Origin: Candidatus Xenobia bacterium
GTDB taxonomy: Bacteria; Vulcanimicrobiota; Xenobia; Xenobiales; QWHO01
NCBI GenBank assembly: GCA_045863235.1
Contig: BTUM01000049.1
Location: forward strand, 1 to 59,409
DNA length: 59,409 bases
Direction of reading: 5' to 3'
Position 1 is the stretch's first letter. Each line of letters starts with the position of its first letter. The notes beneath the pieces were generated by a model that saw only the letters and a program-made list of their open reading frames with translations, made no database searches and was not told the DNA's origin. This document shows, one piece after another, positions 36,747 to 46,148 of the stretch. A program made the translations under genes and the position numbers.

Positions 36747-37445
36747 TCAGGCGTTGACCTTGCGGGCTTGCTCCAGCAAGGGCGAGAGGCCGGCCGCCAG
36801 CTGGATGGGATTGCGGGTCTGGATCAGCACCGAGCCTGGCCCTTCGAAGACGGCCACCAGGGTCTCCTGAGTCATCATCGACACCAGGGCCGACTTGGCC
36901 GCCTTCTCCAACTTGTAGCGGGTGTGGGCCTCGAAGGCCAGCACGTGGCCGGTGTCCAGGGCCAGGCTCTCGCCCGCCTGCAGGGTGAGGTTGTGGCAGC
37001 CGCCGTAGGCCCCCAGCATCAGCATGCCGGTGCCCGAGATCCCGATCAAGAACAGGTCGCTGGCCGAGAAGAAGGTGGAGGCGTTGGCGATCTCCGTGTC
37101 CAGCTCGAGCTCGGGGCTACAGGCGAGGAAGGCCGCCGAGCTGACGTGGAAGGTGCGGTGCTCCAGGTTCAGCACCTCGATCGAGCCGGGTAGCATGGGT
37201 GCCAGGATCACCTTGCCTCCGCCGTTCTTGGGCGTGTAGAGGTTGGAGAACTGGGTGCGGCGGGTCTTCTTGCCCGCCTCCTGCAACAGCTGCACCACCC
37301 CTTCGGAGGTGTCCGCGTGCAGCTCGACGTTGGGCGACATGGCTACCAGCGCCCCCTGCTCGGCGCGTACCGTCTGGCCCTCGGTGAGGTAGAGGTGGGC
37401 GACCGCATGAGCGGGTCCATCGGAGATCTGGTGCGTGATAGCCAT
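36747..37445 (-). CDS. AIM24/TIGR00266 family protein
   Basis: AEQGALVAMS, GAYGG, DTGHVLAF, FEGPG.V.IQTRN; GAGGAGG RBS. Confidence 0.85.
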   Translation of the reverse strand: MAITHQISDGPAHAVAHLYLTEGQTVRAEQGALVAMSPNVELHADTSEGVVQLLQEAGKKTRRTQFSNLYTPKNGGGKVILAPMLPGSIEVLNLEHRTFHVSSAAFLACSPELELDTEIANASTFFSASDLFLIGISGTGMLMLGAYGGCHNLTLQAGESLALDTGHVLAFEAHTRYKLEKAAKSALVSMMTQETLVAVFEGPGSVLIQTRNPIQLAAGLSPLLEQARKVNA

Positions 37446-37551
37446 ACAGGGCTGCCTCCTCGCGGTAAGTTGGTGCTCGGCCTTCGTGAAACAGGGACCG
37501 GCTCCCTGCGCTCGAAGCTTTGGGCGCGCCAACTGCGGCCGCAAGCAACCC

Positions 37552-39273
37552 ATGAAGTCCGGCCTCCAGACCCTGCTCGCCTACCAGTGGAAGTACCGCA
37601 AGTTGGTGCTCCCGGGCCTGCTGCTGCTCCTCAGCTCGGACGCCGGTCAGCTGATCGCCCCTCTGATCGTGGCCCGCATCATCGACGCCCTGGCTGCACC
37701 CCATCCTTCCCAGGGCCCCATCGACCGGCTCTGCTGGCAGCTCTTCGCCGTGGCCGCCTGGATCTTCGCCTCGCGGTTCCTGTGGCGCCACTTCATGTTC
37801 TCGGCCGCCCGCCAGGCCGAGATGGAGATCCGCAATCGCCTGCTGGAGCAGGTGTTGCGCCTTCCCTCCAGCTACTTCACGCGCACCCGCACGGGCGAGG
37901 TGATGGCCCTGGCCACCAACGACCTGGTCTCGGTGCGGACGGCCCTGGCCATGGGCATCGTGGCCGGGTTCGACTCCAGCGTCCTGGCCGCCGCCACCCT
38001 GGTCATCATGGCCTGGATGGACTGGCGCCTCACCCTCTGGACGGTGCTGCCCTTCCCCATGCTGGCGCTGGTGATGGCCGTTGGCCTCAGCTTGAGCTAC
38101 AAGCGCTGGGATGCGGTCCAGAAGTCGGTCGAGCACCTGACCGAGAAGGTGCGCGAGAGCCTGGCCGGCATGCGGGTGCTGAAGGCATACGTCCAGGAGG
38201 CGGGCGACCTGGAAGACTTCGAGCAAACCAACCGGGCCAACTACGAGTCCAATATGGCCTACGTGCGCATCGACGCCCTCTACCAGCCGGCGATCGTGGT
38301 CCTGGCGGGCTCGTCGGTGGCCATCCTGATCGCCGTGGGGGGAGCCGACGTGGTCTCGGGCCAGCTCAGCCTGGGCAAGTTCAACGCCTTCATGGCCTAC
38401 CTGGGCATGCTGACCTGGCCCATGATCGCCGCTGGCTGGATGGTCTCGCTGGTGCAGCGCGGGGCCGTCTCGATGGGGCGCATCCAGACCATGCTGGCGC
38501 TGCCCCCTGAAGAAGCGGGGGGAACCGAGCTCGACCTGCGGGGAGCGCTGGAGGCCCGCCACCTGACCTTTACCTATCCCGAGGCAGCTGCGCCCGCTCT
38601 GGTGGACTTCTCCTTCCGACTCGAGCCTGGCCAGAGCCTTGGCATCGTGGGCGAGGTGGGCAGCGGCAAGTCAACTCTGGCCCTGTTGCTGGGCCGCATT
38701 TACGATCCACCCCCGGGCACGCTCTTCCTGGACGGCCAGGACGTGCGCGAGCTGAGCCTGTCGAGCCTGCGCCGGGCCATCTCCTGGGTGCCCCAGGAAG
38801 CCTTCCTTTTCTCGGAGACCATCGAGGAGAACTTGCGCCTGGGCCACTTCGAGGCTGCCCCTGAGGAGCTGCGCCGGATGGCCGCGGTGGCCGCCCTGGA
38901 GAACGAGATCCTCGAGTTCCCCGCTGGCTACGAGACCATGCTCGGCGAGCGGGGCATCACCCTCTCGGGCGGTCAGAAGCAACGGCTCTGCCTGGCCCGG
39001 GCCCTGCTCAAGCCGGCCCCCGTGATCGTGCTGGACGACACTTTGTCGGCGGTGGACTCCGAGTCCGAGCGAGCCATCCTGGCCGAGCTGAGGGGAGCGC
39101 TGGCCGGCCGCACGGCGGTGGTGATCAGCCACCGGGCCAGCTCGGTGCGCGACCTGGACCACATCCTGGTGCTGGAGGGCGGCCGCATCGTGCAGCAGGG
39201 CCGCCACGCCGAGCTGGTGGCTCAGCGCGGATACTACAAGGACATGGTCGAGCTGCAGGAGCTGGAGAAATGA
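37552..39273 (+). CDS. ABC exporter subunit (TMD+NBD, MdlA/YheI-like)
   Basis: GEVGSGKS, LSGGQKQR, LDD (degenerate Walker B). Confidence 0.92.
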   Translation: MKSGLQTLLAYQWKYRKLVLPGLLLLLSSDAGQLIAPLIVARIIDALAAPHPSQGPIDRLCWQLFAVAAWIFASRFLWRHFMFSAARQAEMEIRNRLLEQVLRLPSSYFTRTRTGEVMALATNDLVSVRTALAMGIVAGFDSSVLAAATLVIMAWMDWRLTLWTVLPFPMLALVMAVGLSLSYKRWDAVQKSVEHLTEKVRESLAGMRVLKAYVQEAGDLEDFEQTNRANYESNMAYVRIDALYQPAIVVLAGSSVAILIAVGGADVVSGQLSLGKFNAFMAYLGMLTWPMIAAGWMVSLVQRGAVSMGRIQTMLALPPEEAGGTELDLRGALEARHLTFTYPEAAAPALVDFSFRLEPGQSLGIVGEVGSGKSTLALLLGRIYDPPPGTLFLDGQDVRELSLSSLRRAISWVPQEAFLFSETIEENLRLGHFEAAPEELRRMAAVAALENEILEFPAGYETMLGERGITLSGGQKQRLCLARALLKPAPVIVLDDTLSAVDSESERAILAELRGALAGRTAVVISHRASSVRDLDHILVLEGGRIVQQGRHAELVAQRGYYKDMVELQELEK

Positions 39274-41093
39274 GCGAGCGCGAGGAAGACGAACGCCTGG
39301 GGGCCTTCGACCTGACCCGTCACGTGCGCCGGATTCTCAGCTACGTCGCCAAGCTGGGCTGGCTGCTCTGGCTGGCGGTGCTGGGCTCGCTCCTCTACGC
39401 CGGGCTCGAGCTCAGCCTGCCCCAGGTGGTGCGCTACGGGGTGGACCACTATCTGGTTCCGGGTCAGGCCGTGGCTGCCCCCGTGCGGGTGGAGGGCGTG
39501 CGCACGCTGGGCCTGATCTACGCCGGGCTCCTCTTCGGTATGCTCTTTCTCAGCTATGCTCGCTCGATGGCCCTCAACCACGTGGGACAGAGAGTGGTGC
39601 AGCGCCTGCGCACCCACCTCTGGTCGCATCTTCACCGTCTTCCGGTGCGCTTTTTTGATCACAACCCGGTGGGCCGCCTGGTCACCCGGGTGGCCAACGA
39701 TACCAACGCTCTGAGCGATCTCTTCACCAACGTGCTGGCCTCCGGGGTCGAGGACGTTCTGCGCGTGGCCGGGGTCATGCTCATCCTGGCCACCATGGAG
39801 CCGCGACTCTCGCTCGCGGTGGCCGCCGTCCTGCTACCGCTGGCCGTCATGACCTGGTGGTTCAAGGTTTCCAGCTCCGCCATGCACCGCAAGATTCGCG
39901 TGCTGCTCGCGCGCGTCAATGCCTTCCTGCAGGAGAACGTGCAGGGCATCAGCGTGGTCAAGTCGTTCGTGGCCGAGAAAGCCATGCAGTCCAAGTTCCA
40001 CCGGCTCAACAAGGACTTCTACCAGGCCGAGATGTCCCTGATCTATCTCAACGCCGTCTTCCGGCCGGCCATCTCGGCTGCCTCGACCATCGCCATGGGC
40101 CTGGTCTTGTGGTTTGGAAGCCGGGCCGTGCTGGCTCACGACCTCACTCTGGGCACCCTGCTGGCTTACCTGTTCTACCTGCGATTGCTCTTCTCGCCGC
40201 TGGAGGCTCTGGCCGAGAAGTTCAACATCCTGCAGGGGGCCGCGGTGGCCTCCGAGCGGCTCTTTCGCATTCTCGACACGCCGGTCGAGGAGGGCTATCC
40301 GGCCCAACCGGCCGAGCGCAAGACGCGCGCCCGCGGCCACCTGGTCTTCGAGAACGTCTCGTTTGCTTACGATCCGGACAAGCCGGTGCTCAAGAACGTG
40401 AGCTTCGAGGTGCTGCCCGGCCAGACCGCGGCCCTGGTGGGCCCCAGCGGCTCGGGCAAGACGACCATTGCTTCGCTGATGCTGGGTTTCTATCGGCTCC
40501 AGGGGCACGGCAGCGGGCGCATCCTGCTCGACGGCCGGCTCCTGCAGGAGTGGGATCTGACCCAACTGCGCCAGCAGTTTGCCCTGGTGCAGCAAGACCT
40601 GTTCCTGTTCGGCCGTCAGCTGCGTCAGAACGTGGCCCTGTTCAGCCCTCGCACCGATGAGGAGCTGTGGAAGGCGCTCGAGTTGGCCCAGGCGGCCGAG
40701 CTGGTGCGCCGATTCCCGGAAGGGCTCTCCCACGAGCTCACCGAGCGCGGCTCCACCCTCTCGCAGGGAGAGCGCCAGCTTTTGAGCTTCGCCCGGGCTC
40801 TGGTGGCGGATCCGCCCATCTTGCTCTTAGACGAGGCCACCGCCAACATCGACTCGCGCACCGAGCAAGCCATCCAGCGGGCCCTGAAGGCTCTGCTGGA
40901 GGGTCGCACGGCGCTGGTGGTCGCCCACCGGCTCTCCACCGTGCAGGAGGCCGACCAGATCCTGGTGTTGCGCAAGGGCGAGCTGGTCGAGCGCGGGCGC
41001 CATGACGAGCTGATGCGCTCGGACGGACTCTACGCGCACCTCTACCGCACCCAGCGTCTGACCCACACCGACTCTGGTCGCTTCCGCGTCTGA
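39270..41093 (+). CDS. ABC exporter subunit (TMD+NBD, MdlB/YheH-like)
   Basis: GPSGSGKT, LSQGERQL, LDEATANID..TE. Confidence 0.92.
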   Translation: MSEREEDERLGAFDLTRHVRRILSYVAKLGWLLWLAVLGSLLYAGLELSLPQVVRYGVDHYLVPGQAVAAPVRVEGVRTLGLIYAGLLFGMLFLSYARSMALNHVGQRVVQRLRTHLWSHLHRLPVRFFDHNPVGRLVTRVANDTNALSDLFTNVLASGVEDVLRVAGVMLILATMEPRLSLAVAAVLLPLAVMTWWFKVSSSAMHRKIRVLLARVNAFLQENVQGISVVKSFVAEKAMQSKFHRLNKDFYQAEMSLIYLNAVFRPAISAASTIAMGLVLWFGSRAVLAHDLTLGTLLAYLFYLRLLFSPLEALAEKFNILQGAAVASERLFRILDTPVEEGYPAQPAERKTRARGHLVFENVSFAYDPDKPVLKNVSFEVLPGQTAALVGPSGSGKTTIASLMLGFYRLQGHGSGRILLDGRLLQEWDLTQLRQQFALVQQDLFLFGRQLRQNVALFSPRTDEELWKALELAQAAELVRRFPEGLSHELTERGSTLSQGERQLLSFARALVADPPILLLDEATANIDSRTEQAIQRALKALLEGRTALVVAHRLSTVQEADQILVLRKGELVERGRHDELMRSDGLYAHLYRTQRLTHTDSGRFRV

Positions 41094-41195
41094 AGCCCCT
41101 CAAAGGCTGGAATTCGCGCGACAGATTGGCGCGGGAGTTGCAGGAGTGCGGCGTTTTCCGGCTGCGCGACGCCCAACAAGTCCGGCCGCCGGGTT

Positions 41196-42287
41196 CTAGT
41201 CCTCCATGCCCTCCGGCGGCTTGAGCCCGGCCCGGGTGAGCACCGTCTTGTCGTGACAGCGCTCGAAGGCGGTCTGGGCGCTGATCTTGTTTTCCTTGGC
41301 CAGCTTGATCAGGTGCTGGTCCATGCTCTGCATGCCCTCTTTGGCGCCCATGGTGATAAAGGAAGGGATCTGGGTGGTCTTGCCCTCGCGAATCAGGCCC
41401 GCCAGGCCCACGTTCACGGTCATGATCTCTTGCACCGCGATGCGCCCCCGCCCGTCCGCGGTCCGTACCAACTGCTGGGCGACCACCGCCTTCAAGCTTC
41501 CGGCCAGCATGGAGCGGATCTGATCCTGCTGGTCCGACGGGAAGACGTCGATGATGCGGTCCACGGTCTTGGAGGCGGAGTTGGTGTGCAGTGTTCCGAA
41601 CACCAGGTGGCCCGTCTCGGCCGCTGCCAGGGCCTGGCTGATGGTGTCCAGGTCGCGCATCTCGCCCACCAGCACGATGTCGGGTGATTCGCGCACGGCG
41701 GCCTTGACCGCTTCGGAGAAGCTGCGGGCGTGACGGTGCACCTCGCGCTGCTGGATCATGGCCGTGGCCGACGGGTGGGCATACTCGATGGGATCTTCCA
41801 CCGTGATGATGTGCACGCTGCGGCTGTGGTTGATGTGGTTGATCATGGCCGCCAGGGTGGTGGATTTGCCCGAGCCGGTCGGACCGGTCACCACCACCAG
41901 CCCCTTGTTGAAGAAGCAGATCTCCTCCAGGATAGGCGGCAGACCCAGTTCGGTCATGGTGGGAATCTTGGAGGGGATCACTCGGAAGACCCCTCCATAG
42001 CCGTAGTGCTGGAGCAGCAGGTTGCAGCGAAATCGGGCGATGCCGGGCAGCTCATAGGCAAAGTCCACGTTGCCGGAGCTGAACAGCTCCTCCACCTTCA
42101 CCTCGTCGAGCAGAGCCATCAGCATGGTCTCGGCCCGTTCGTTGGTCAGGGGAGGCTCTTGCAGGAACTGAACCTCGCCCAGGGCGCGGATTGCAGGCGG
42201 GGCGCCGGTCTGGATGTGGAGGTCCGAGCCCTTGCGGTCGACCACCAGGGTGAGATAACGATTGATGACCTCCAGCCCCTCGCTCAT
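41196..42287 (-). CDS. pilT: Type IV pilus retraction ATPase
   Basis: GPTGSGKSTT, EDPIE, QREV, VGEMRD, AETGHLVFGTLHT. Confidence 0.93.
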   Translation of the reverse strand: MSEGLEVINRYLTLVVDRKGSDLHIQTGAPPAIRALGEVQFLQEPPLTNERAETMLMALLDEVKVEELFSSGNVDFAYELPGIARFRCNLLLQHYGYGGVFRVIPSKIPTMTELGLPPILEEICFFNKGLVVVTGPTGSGKSTTLAAMINHINHSRSVHIITVEDPIEYAHPSATAMIQQREVHRHARSFSEAVKAAVRESPDIVLVGEMRDLDTISQALAAAETGHLVFGTLHTNSASKTVDRIIDVFPSDQQDQIRSMLAGSLKAVVAQQLVRTADGRGRIAVQEIMTVNVGLAGLIREGKTTQIPSFITMGAKEGMQSMDQHLIKLAKENKISAQTAFERCHDKTVLTRAGLKPPEGMED

Positions 42288-43408
42288 ACAGCCTGACCTC
42301 CGGTGAACTCGGACGCGGCCTGCATGAAGCTGGCCCGGTCATGGGCCCGATCGATCGCCTCCTGCACTTTGACCTGGCGGTTCTGGACCAGCTCGAGCAG
42401 GCTGTGGTCCATACTGCGCATGCCCTTGCGCGAGCCGGTCTGCATGATGGAAGCGACCTGGTGCATCTTGTTCTCGCGGATCAGGTTGGAGGTGGCCCCG
42501 GTGGTGATCAGGATCTCCACGGCGGCGACTCGGCCTCTTCCATCGGAACGAGCCAGGAGCTGCTGGGAGATCACGCCTCGCAGCGACTCGCTCAGCATGA
42601 TGCGCACCTGGGACTGCTGTCGGGGAGGGAAGGCGTTGATGATGCGGTTCACGGTCTGGGCGCCGGACATCGTGTTCATGGTGGCCACGACCAGGTGTCC
42701 CGTCTCGGCAGCGGTGATACAGAGCGAAATGGTCTCCAGATCGCGCAGCTCGCCCACCACGATCACGTCGGGGTCCTCGCGCAGGGCGGCGCGCAGCGCG
42801 TTGTTATAGCTGTCCACATGCAGGCCCACCTGACGCTGCACCACCAGGCTCTTCTTGATGGGGTGCACGAACTCGATGGGGTCTTCCAATGTGATGATGT
42901 TTTGGGGGCGGGTGCGGTTGCAGTAATCGACCAGCGCCGCTACGGTCGAGGTTTTGCCCGAGCCGGTGGGGCCGGTCACCATCACCAGGCCCTGATGGAA
43001 GTCCATCAAGCGGGTCAACTCATCGGGCAGACCGAGCTGGGCCATCGTGGGAATCTCGCGCGGGATGCTGCGAAAAACCAGCGAGCACCCGAAGCGCTGG
43101 ATGAACGCATTGGCTCGGAAGCGGAAGGCGCCCTGACCGGGGATCTCGATCTGGTAGGCAAAGTCCATGTCCTGCTGCTGGCGGAAGAACTCCTGCTCGG
43201 AGTCGGACAGGATGGAAGAAAGGATCCCTTCGACCTCATCGGGATCGGAAAGAGGGTGGTTGGTCTTGACCAGCATTCCATGGATGCGCATCGCGGGCGG
43301 ATAACCCGCTGCGATCAACAGGTCGGAGCCGCCCCGCTGCAGCAATTCTTTCAGCAGGCCGTCGAGAACTCCCGAGACTCGAAGAGTGCCTAGCTTTTCA
43401 CCACTCAA
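42284..43408 (-). CDS. pilT: Second PilT-family ATPase
   Basis: GPTGSGKTST, EDPIE, REDPD, VGELRD, NLIRE; TMNT replaces TLHT. Confidence 0.9.
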   Translation of the reverse strand: MSGEKLGTLRVSGVLDGLLKELLQRGGSDLLIAAGYPPAMRIHGMLVKTNHPLSDPDEVEGILSSILSDSEQEFFRQQQDMDFAYQIEIPGQGAFRFRANAFIQRFGCSLVFRSIPREIPTMAQLGLPDELTRLMDFHQGLVMVTGPTGSGKTSTVAALVDYCNRTRPQNIITLEDPIEFVHPIKKSLVVQRQVGLHVDSYNNALRAALREDPDVIVVGELRDLETISLCITAAETGHLVVATMNTMSGAQTVNRIINAFPPRQQSQVRIMLSESLRGVISQQLLARSDGRGRVAAVEILITTGATSNLIRENKMHQVASIMQTGSRKGMRSMDHSLLELVQNRQVKVQEAIDRAHDRASFMQAASEFTGGQAV

Positions 43409-43433
43409 TGGTAGAAACCGCTCCTATACTCCT

Positions 43434-43558
43434 TGCCGAACTGGGCGATGCATGGCGCTTCCCGAGGGGAGGCTCGGATTCCTCCGTGTGGTTGCTTTCC
43501 TCCCGGGCAGGAGTTCCAGGCCCCAGAGAGGTAACACACGCTGCAGAGCCGGTCGGCA
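43434..43558 (+). ncRNA. Unassigned structured RNA (three-way junction), sRNA or 5' leader
   Basis: TGCCGA/TCGGCA closing stem, CCGAG/CTCGG hairpin, CGTGTGGTTGC/GTAACACACG stem; G-U pairs favour + strand; TATACT just upstream. Confidence 0.55.
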
Positions 43559-43634
43559 CAGGATGTTGCCGGCACGCAGATCCAGAATCATTTCAACGGC
43601 GCGGCGGAAAGCGTGCGCCCACCAAGGAGTCCAA

Positions 43635-44006
43635 GTGACCACAAACACCGAGATACCCACCCATAGCCTGCACGTTGGCGCGGCGGTCTACACCGCCAAC
43701 GGCGAGAAAGTCGGCAAGCTGCGCTTCGTCGTGGTCGAGCCCGAGACCGAGATCGTCAGCCACCTCGTTCTGGAGAGGGGCATGATGCTCAGCCGCGACG
43801 TGCTCGCTCCCATCGGAGTGGTGGGTAAAGTGATGCATCGGGGCATCTTCCTGACCATCTCTCCGGATGAGGTGCAAGAGCTGCCTGACTTCGCCGAAGG
43901 GCGCTATCTTTCGGGCGGCCACGGCGGTCACGGTGGCGGCGGGGGCGGCGGCGAGCGCAAGGACCGCGGTCGCAAGCGCTACCGCGGCGGCTATCGCCAC
44001 GGCTGA
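43635..44006 (+). CDS. PRC-barrel protein with Gly/Arg-rich tail
   Basis: AAGGAG RBS; GAAVYTANGEKVGKL..VVVEPET..VSHLV. Confidence 0.85.
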   Translation: MTTNTEIPTHSLHVGAAVYTANGEKVGKLRFVVVEPETEIVSHLVLERGMMLSRDVLAPIGVVGKVMHRGIFLTISPDEVQELPDFAEGRYLSGGHGGHGGGGGGGERKDRGRKRYRGGYRHG

Positions 44007-44010
44007 TCGG

Positions 44011-44277
44011 CTATAAGCCCACTTCCGTCTCCAGGCACCAGAGAATCTTCTCGCTGATCGAATCGAGCACGTCCTCGAGGTCGTTGGTGGGCTTGTTCTC
44101 CAGCGCTCGAGCGCCCATCAGCTTCTTGATGCGCCGCACCTCGTTCACCAGGCCCTTCAGGTTGCGGGTCGCCTGAGGAGTCAGCACCACCCCTTCAGGC
44201 GCGGGTGGAGGGGCGGGGGCCGCCGGGGCGGGCTCCTCGGTAGTGATTGTTTCCGGGGTGGGAATCTCCTCGCTCAT
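44011..44277 (-). CDS. Small hypothetical protein
   Basis: GGGAGG RBS; Pro-rich N-terminus, helical C-terminus. Confidence 0.75.
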   Translation of the reverse strand: MSEEIPTPETITTEEPAPAAPAPPPAPEGVVLTPQATRNLKGLVNEVRRIKKLMGARALENKPTNDLEDVLDSISEKILWCLETEVGL

Positions 44278-44329
44278 GCTGCCTCCCAAGTTTGCTTCCG
44301 CTCTTGGGAGACTTTGCAGCCCGCAGGGC

Positions 44330-45334
44330 TCAATCCTTTTGAGGGGCCGTGGGGTCGGGCAGGAAGCGGTAAGCGGCGGGCGCGATCAGCATGTATTCCC
44401 GGCGGATCTCTTGAGCTTGCTGGGCTTGCTCGCGTCGCTTGACCAGCTTGTAGGTGCTGACGGCTCCCACGGTGGCCCCGATGCCGGCCATGACGGCGGC
44501 ACCTTTCCAGCCGGCCACCAGGCCGATCGGGCCCAGCATGAGCGCGCCCGAGGCAGCCCCGGCGAGCATCTTGCCGCGCGTGGTCAGAGGGTGCTTCTCC
44601 AGCCAGGGATCGAGCCGCTTGTTGATGGCCAGCGTCAGATCTTCGGTGGCGTTGCGCTGCACCTGGCGCAAGCTGGGCCCGGCCAGTGAGCCGACCGAGC
44701 CGAGCACGGCTCCCACCAGCGCTCCCTGCGCCACGTTTCCGCCCATCAGGCCCGCCACAGCCCCGGCGCCGGCTCCGGTGAGCACTCCCAGCACGGCCCG
44801 CCCGGCCGGAGTGACGGCCCGTCCGGCGGCTCCGGCGCCGGCCGCTCCCGCGATGACCATGGCCGGGTTGCCTGTGGCGACGAAGGCCAGTCCGCCTGCC
44901 AGCATCCCTCCGTAGACGCTGTCCCGGGTGGCCGCTCGACGACTGCCCGACAGGGTGCCCACCGCGCCGGTGAAGGCCCCCATGACGGCCGGTCCGATCA
45001 GGAATTGGGGCGGAAGCATCACCCCCGACATGGCCGCCAGCCCGGCCGTGGCAGCGGCTGCGACGCCCGCTCCCACCAGGGCCCCGGCGCCCAGGGCCAC
45101 GCTGAAAGAGCCGCTCTTCTCGCCGATCTTCACCCCGGCGTAGCCACCGATCAGGCCGGCGGCAGCTCCGGTCGGGCCCCCGGTGATGTAGCCCTGGATG
45201 CCACCTGCAATAGCGGCTGAAATGGGGGATGGACCGGCCAGATCACCGCCCGTGGTGGGCCGGGGCCGAGCATAGTCGCGCACTTTCCCCAGAAATCCGG
45301 GGACGGCGGCGGGTTTGGCAACGGCGACTTGCAT
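44330..45334 (-). CDS. Glycine-zipper-rich membrane protein
   Basis: Many GxxxG(A) hydrophobic segments; MQVAVAKP N-terminus. Confidence 0.85.
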   Translation of the reverse strand: MQVAVAKPAAVPGFLGKVRDYARPRPTTGGDLAGPSPISAAIAGGIQGYITGGPTGAAAGLIGGYAGVKIGEKSGSFSVALGAGALVGAGVAAAATAGLAAMSGVMLPPQFLIGPAVMGAFTGAVGTLSGSRRAATRDSVYGGMLAGGLAFVATGNPAMVIAGAAGAGAAGRAVTPAGRAVLGVLTGAGAGAVAGLMGGNVAQGALVGAVLGSVGSLAGPSLRQVQRNATEDLTLAINKRLDPWLEKHPLTTRGKMLAGAASGALMLGPIGLVAGWKGAAVMAGIGATVGAVSTYKLVKRREQAQQAQEIRREYMLIAPAAYRFLPDPTAPQKD

Positions 45335-45382
45335 TCCAGGGTGGAGGATAGTCCATGACGGGCAACAGATTCCTCTCCGCGA

Positions 45383-45396
45383 TGTTACAGTCCCGC
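45383..45396 (-). promoter_or_regulatory. 14-bp upstream motif shared with 21298-21311
   Basis: GCGGGACTGTAACA, 32 bp before TATCCT. Confidence 0.55.
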
Positions 45397-45457
45397 ACAG
45401 CCGAAGAGCGCACCTCCCTTCCTGCCCGGCAGGAGTGGCGTCGAAAGAGCCCCCGCG

Positions 45458-46060
45458 ATGGATACCTTCCTGGCCAATCTGGAGAAGTCACGTCTGGAGC
45501 TCGAGTCGCGCTTGCTGCGGCTGCCCGAGTCGAGCGATCTGCTGGCCCGCTTTCAGGGCCGGGTCACGCCCGACCCCCAGGCCTACCTGCACGCCCTGCC
45601 GACCACGCTGGCCCTGATTGCCAGCCTGGCCAACGCTCCCCGCACCGGGGGGGCCTTCCGTGATCAGCTCGAGCGCACCGGCCCGGTGCGAGTGCGCGAC
45701 CACGAGGTGAGTAGCGCCATGATGTGCTTTGCCATCGCTTACCTGTATCGAAACGTGGCCAAAGCCACCAACGACCCGAACTTCGCCAACCTCTTGACCC
45801 GCATCGCGGTGCGCACCGGTCTCGACCCCAAGGTGGCCCACAAGGTGGACTGGGTGGTCAAGGCCATGAGCCATCGCCACCCCGATGGCACGAAGGACCG
45901 GTTTGCGGCCCCCACGCTGCTGGTCTCCTGGCTCACCGGCAGTGAGTCCTATCCTCGGGCCTATGAGGCGCTCCAGTTCCTGGAGAAGTTCCAGGGCTTC
46001 GTCGACAAGGCCCTCGAGCATGCCCTGCGCAACCAGATCTGCCTGGAGTTTCCCTGGTAA
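45458..46060 (+). CDS. Hypothetical protein
   Basis: 200-aa ORF with host-like codon usage. Confidence 0.75.
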   Translation: MDTFLANLEKSRLELESRLLRLPESSDLLARFQGRVTPDPQAYLHALPTTLALIASLANAPRTGGAFRDQLERTGPVRVRDHEVSSAMMCFAIAYLYRNVAKATNDPNFANLLTRIAVRTGLDPKVAHKVDWVVKAMSHRHPDGTKDRFAAPTLLVSWLTGSESYPRAYEALQFLEKFQGFVDKALEHALRNQICLEFPW

Positions 46061-46100
46061 CTCGCTGGGTTAAAGCCAGCACTGCGGTGAGAAATAGGAA

Positions 46101-46126
46101 ACGGCCCCGAACGCTGTCGGGGCTGT
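46101..46126 (-). terminator. Intrinsic terminator of 46149-46709
   Basis: ACAGCCCCGA-N6-TCGGGGCCGT followed by a T-rich tail on the minus strand. Confidence 0.7.
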
Positions 46127-46148
46127 CTGGTCCGCGAGAAGGAGAGGG

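Noticed and set aside
43434..43558. 5S rRNA or SRP RNA
   Set aside because: Shares only TGCCGAACT with 5S, in the wrong position; lacks the SRP domain IV GGAAG/AGCAG motif
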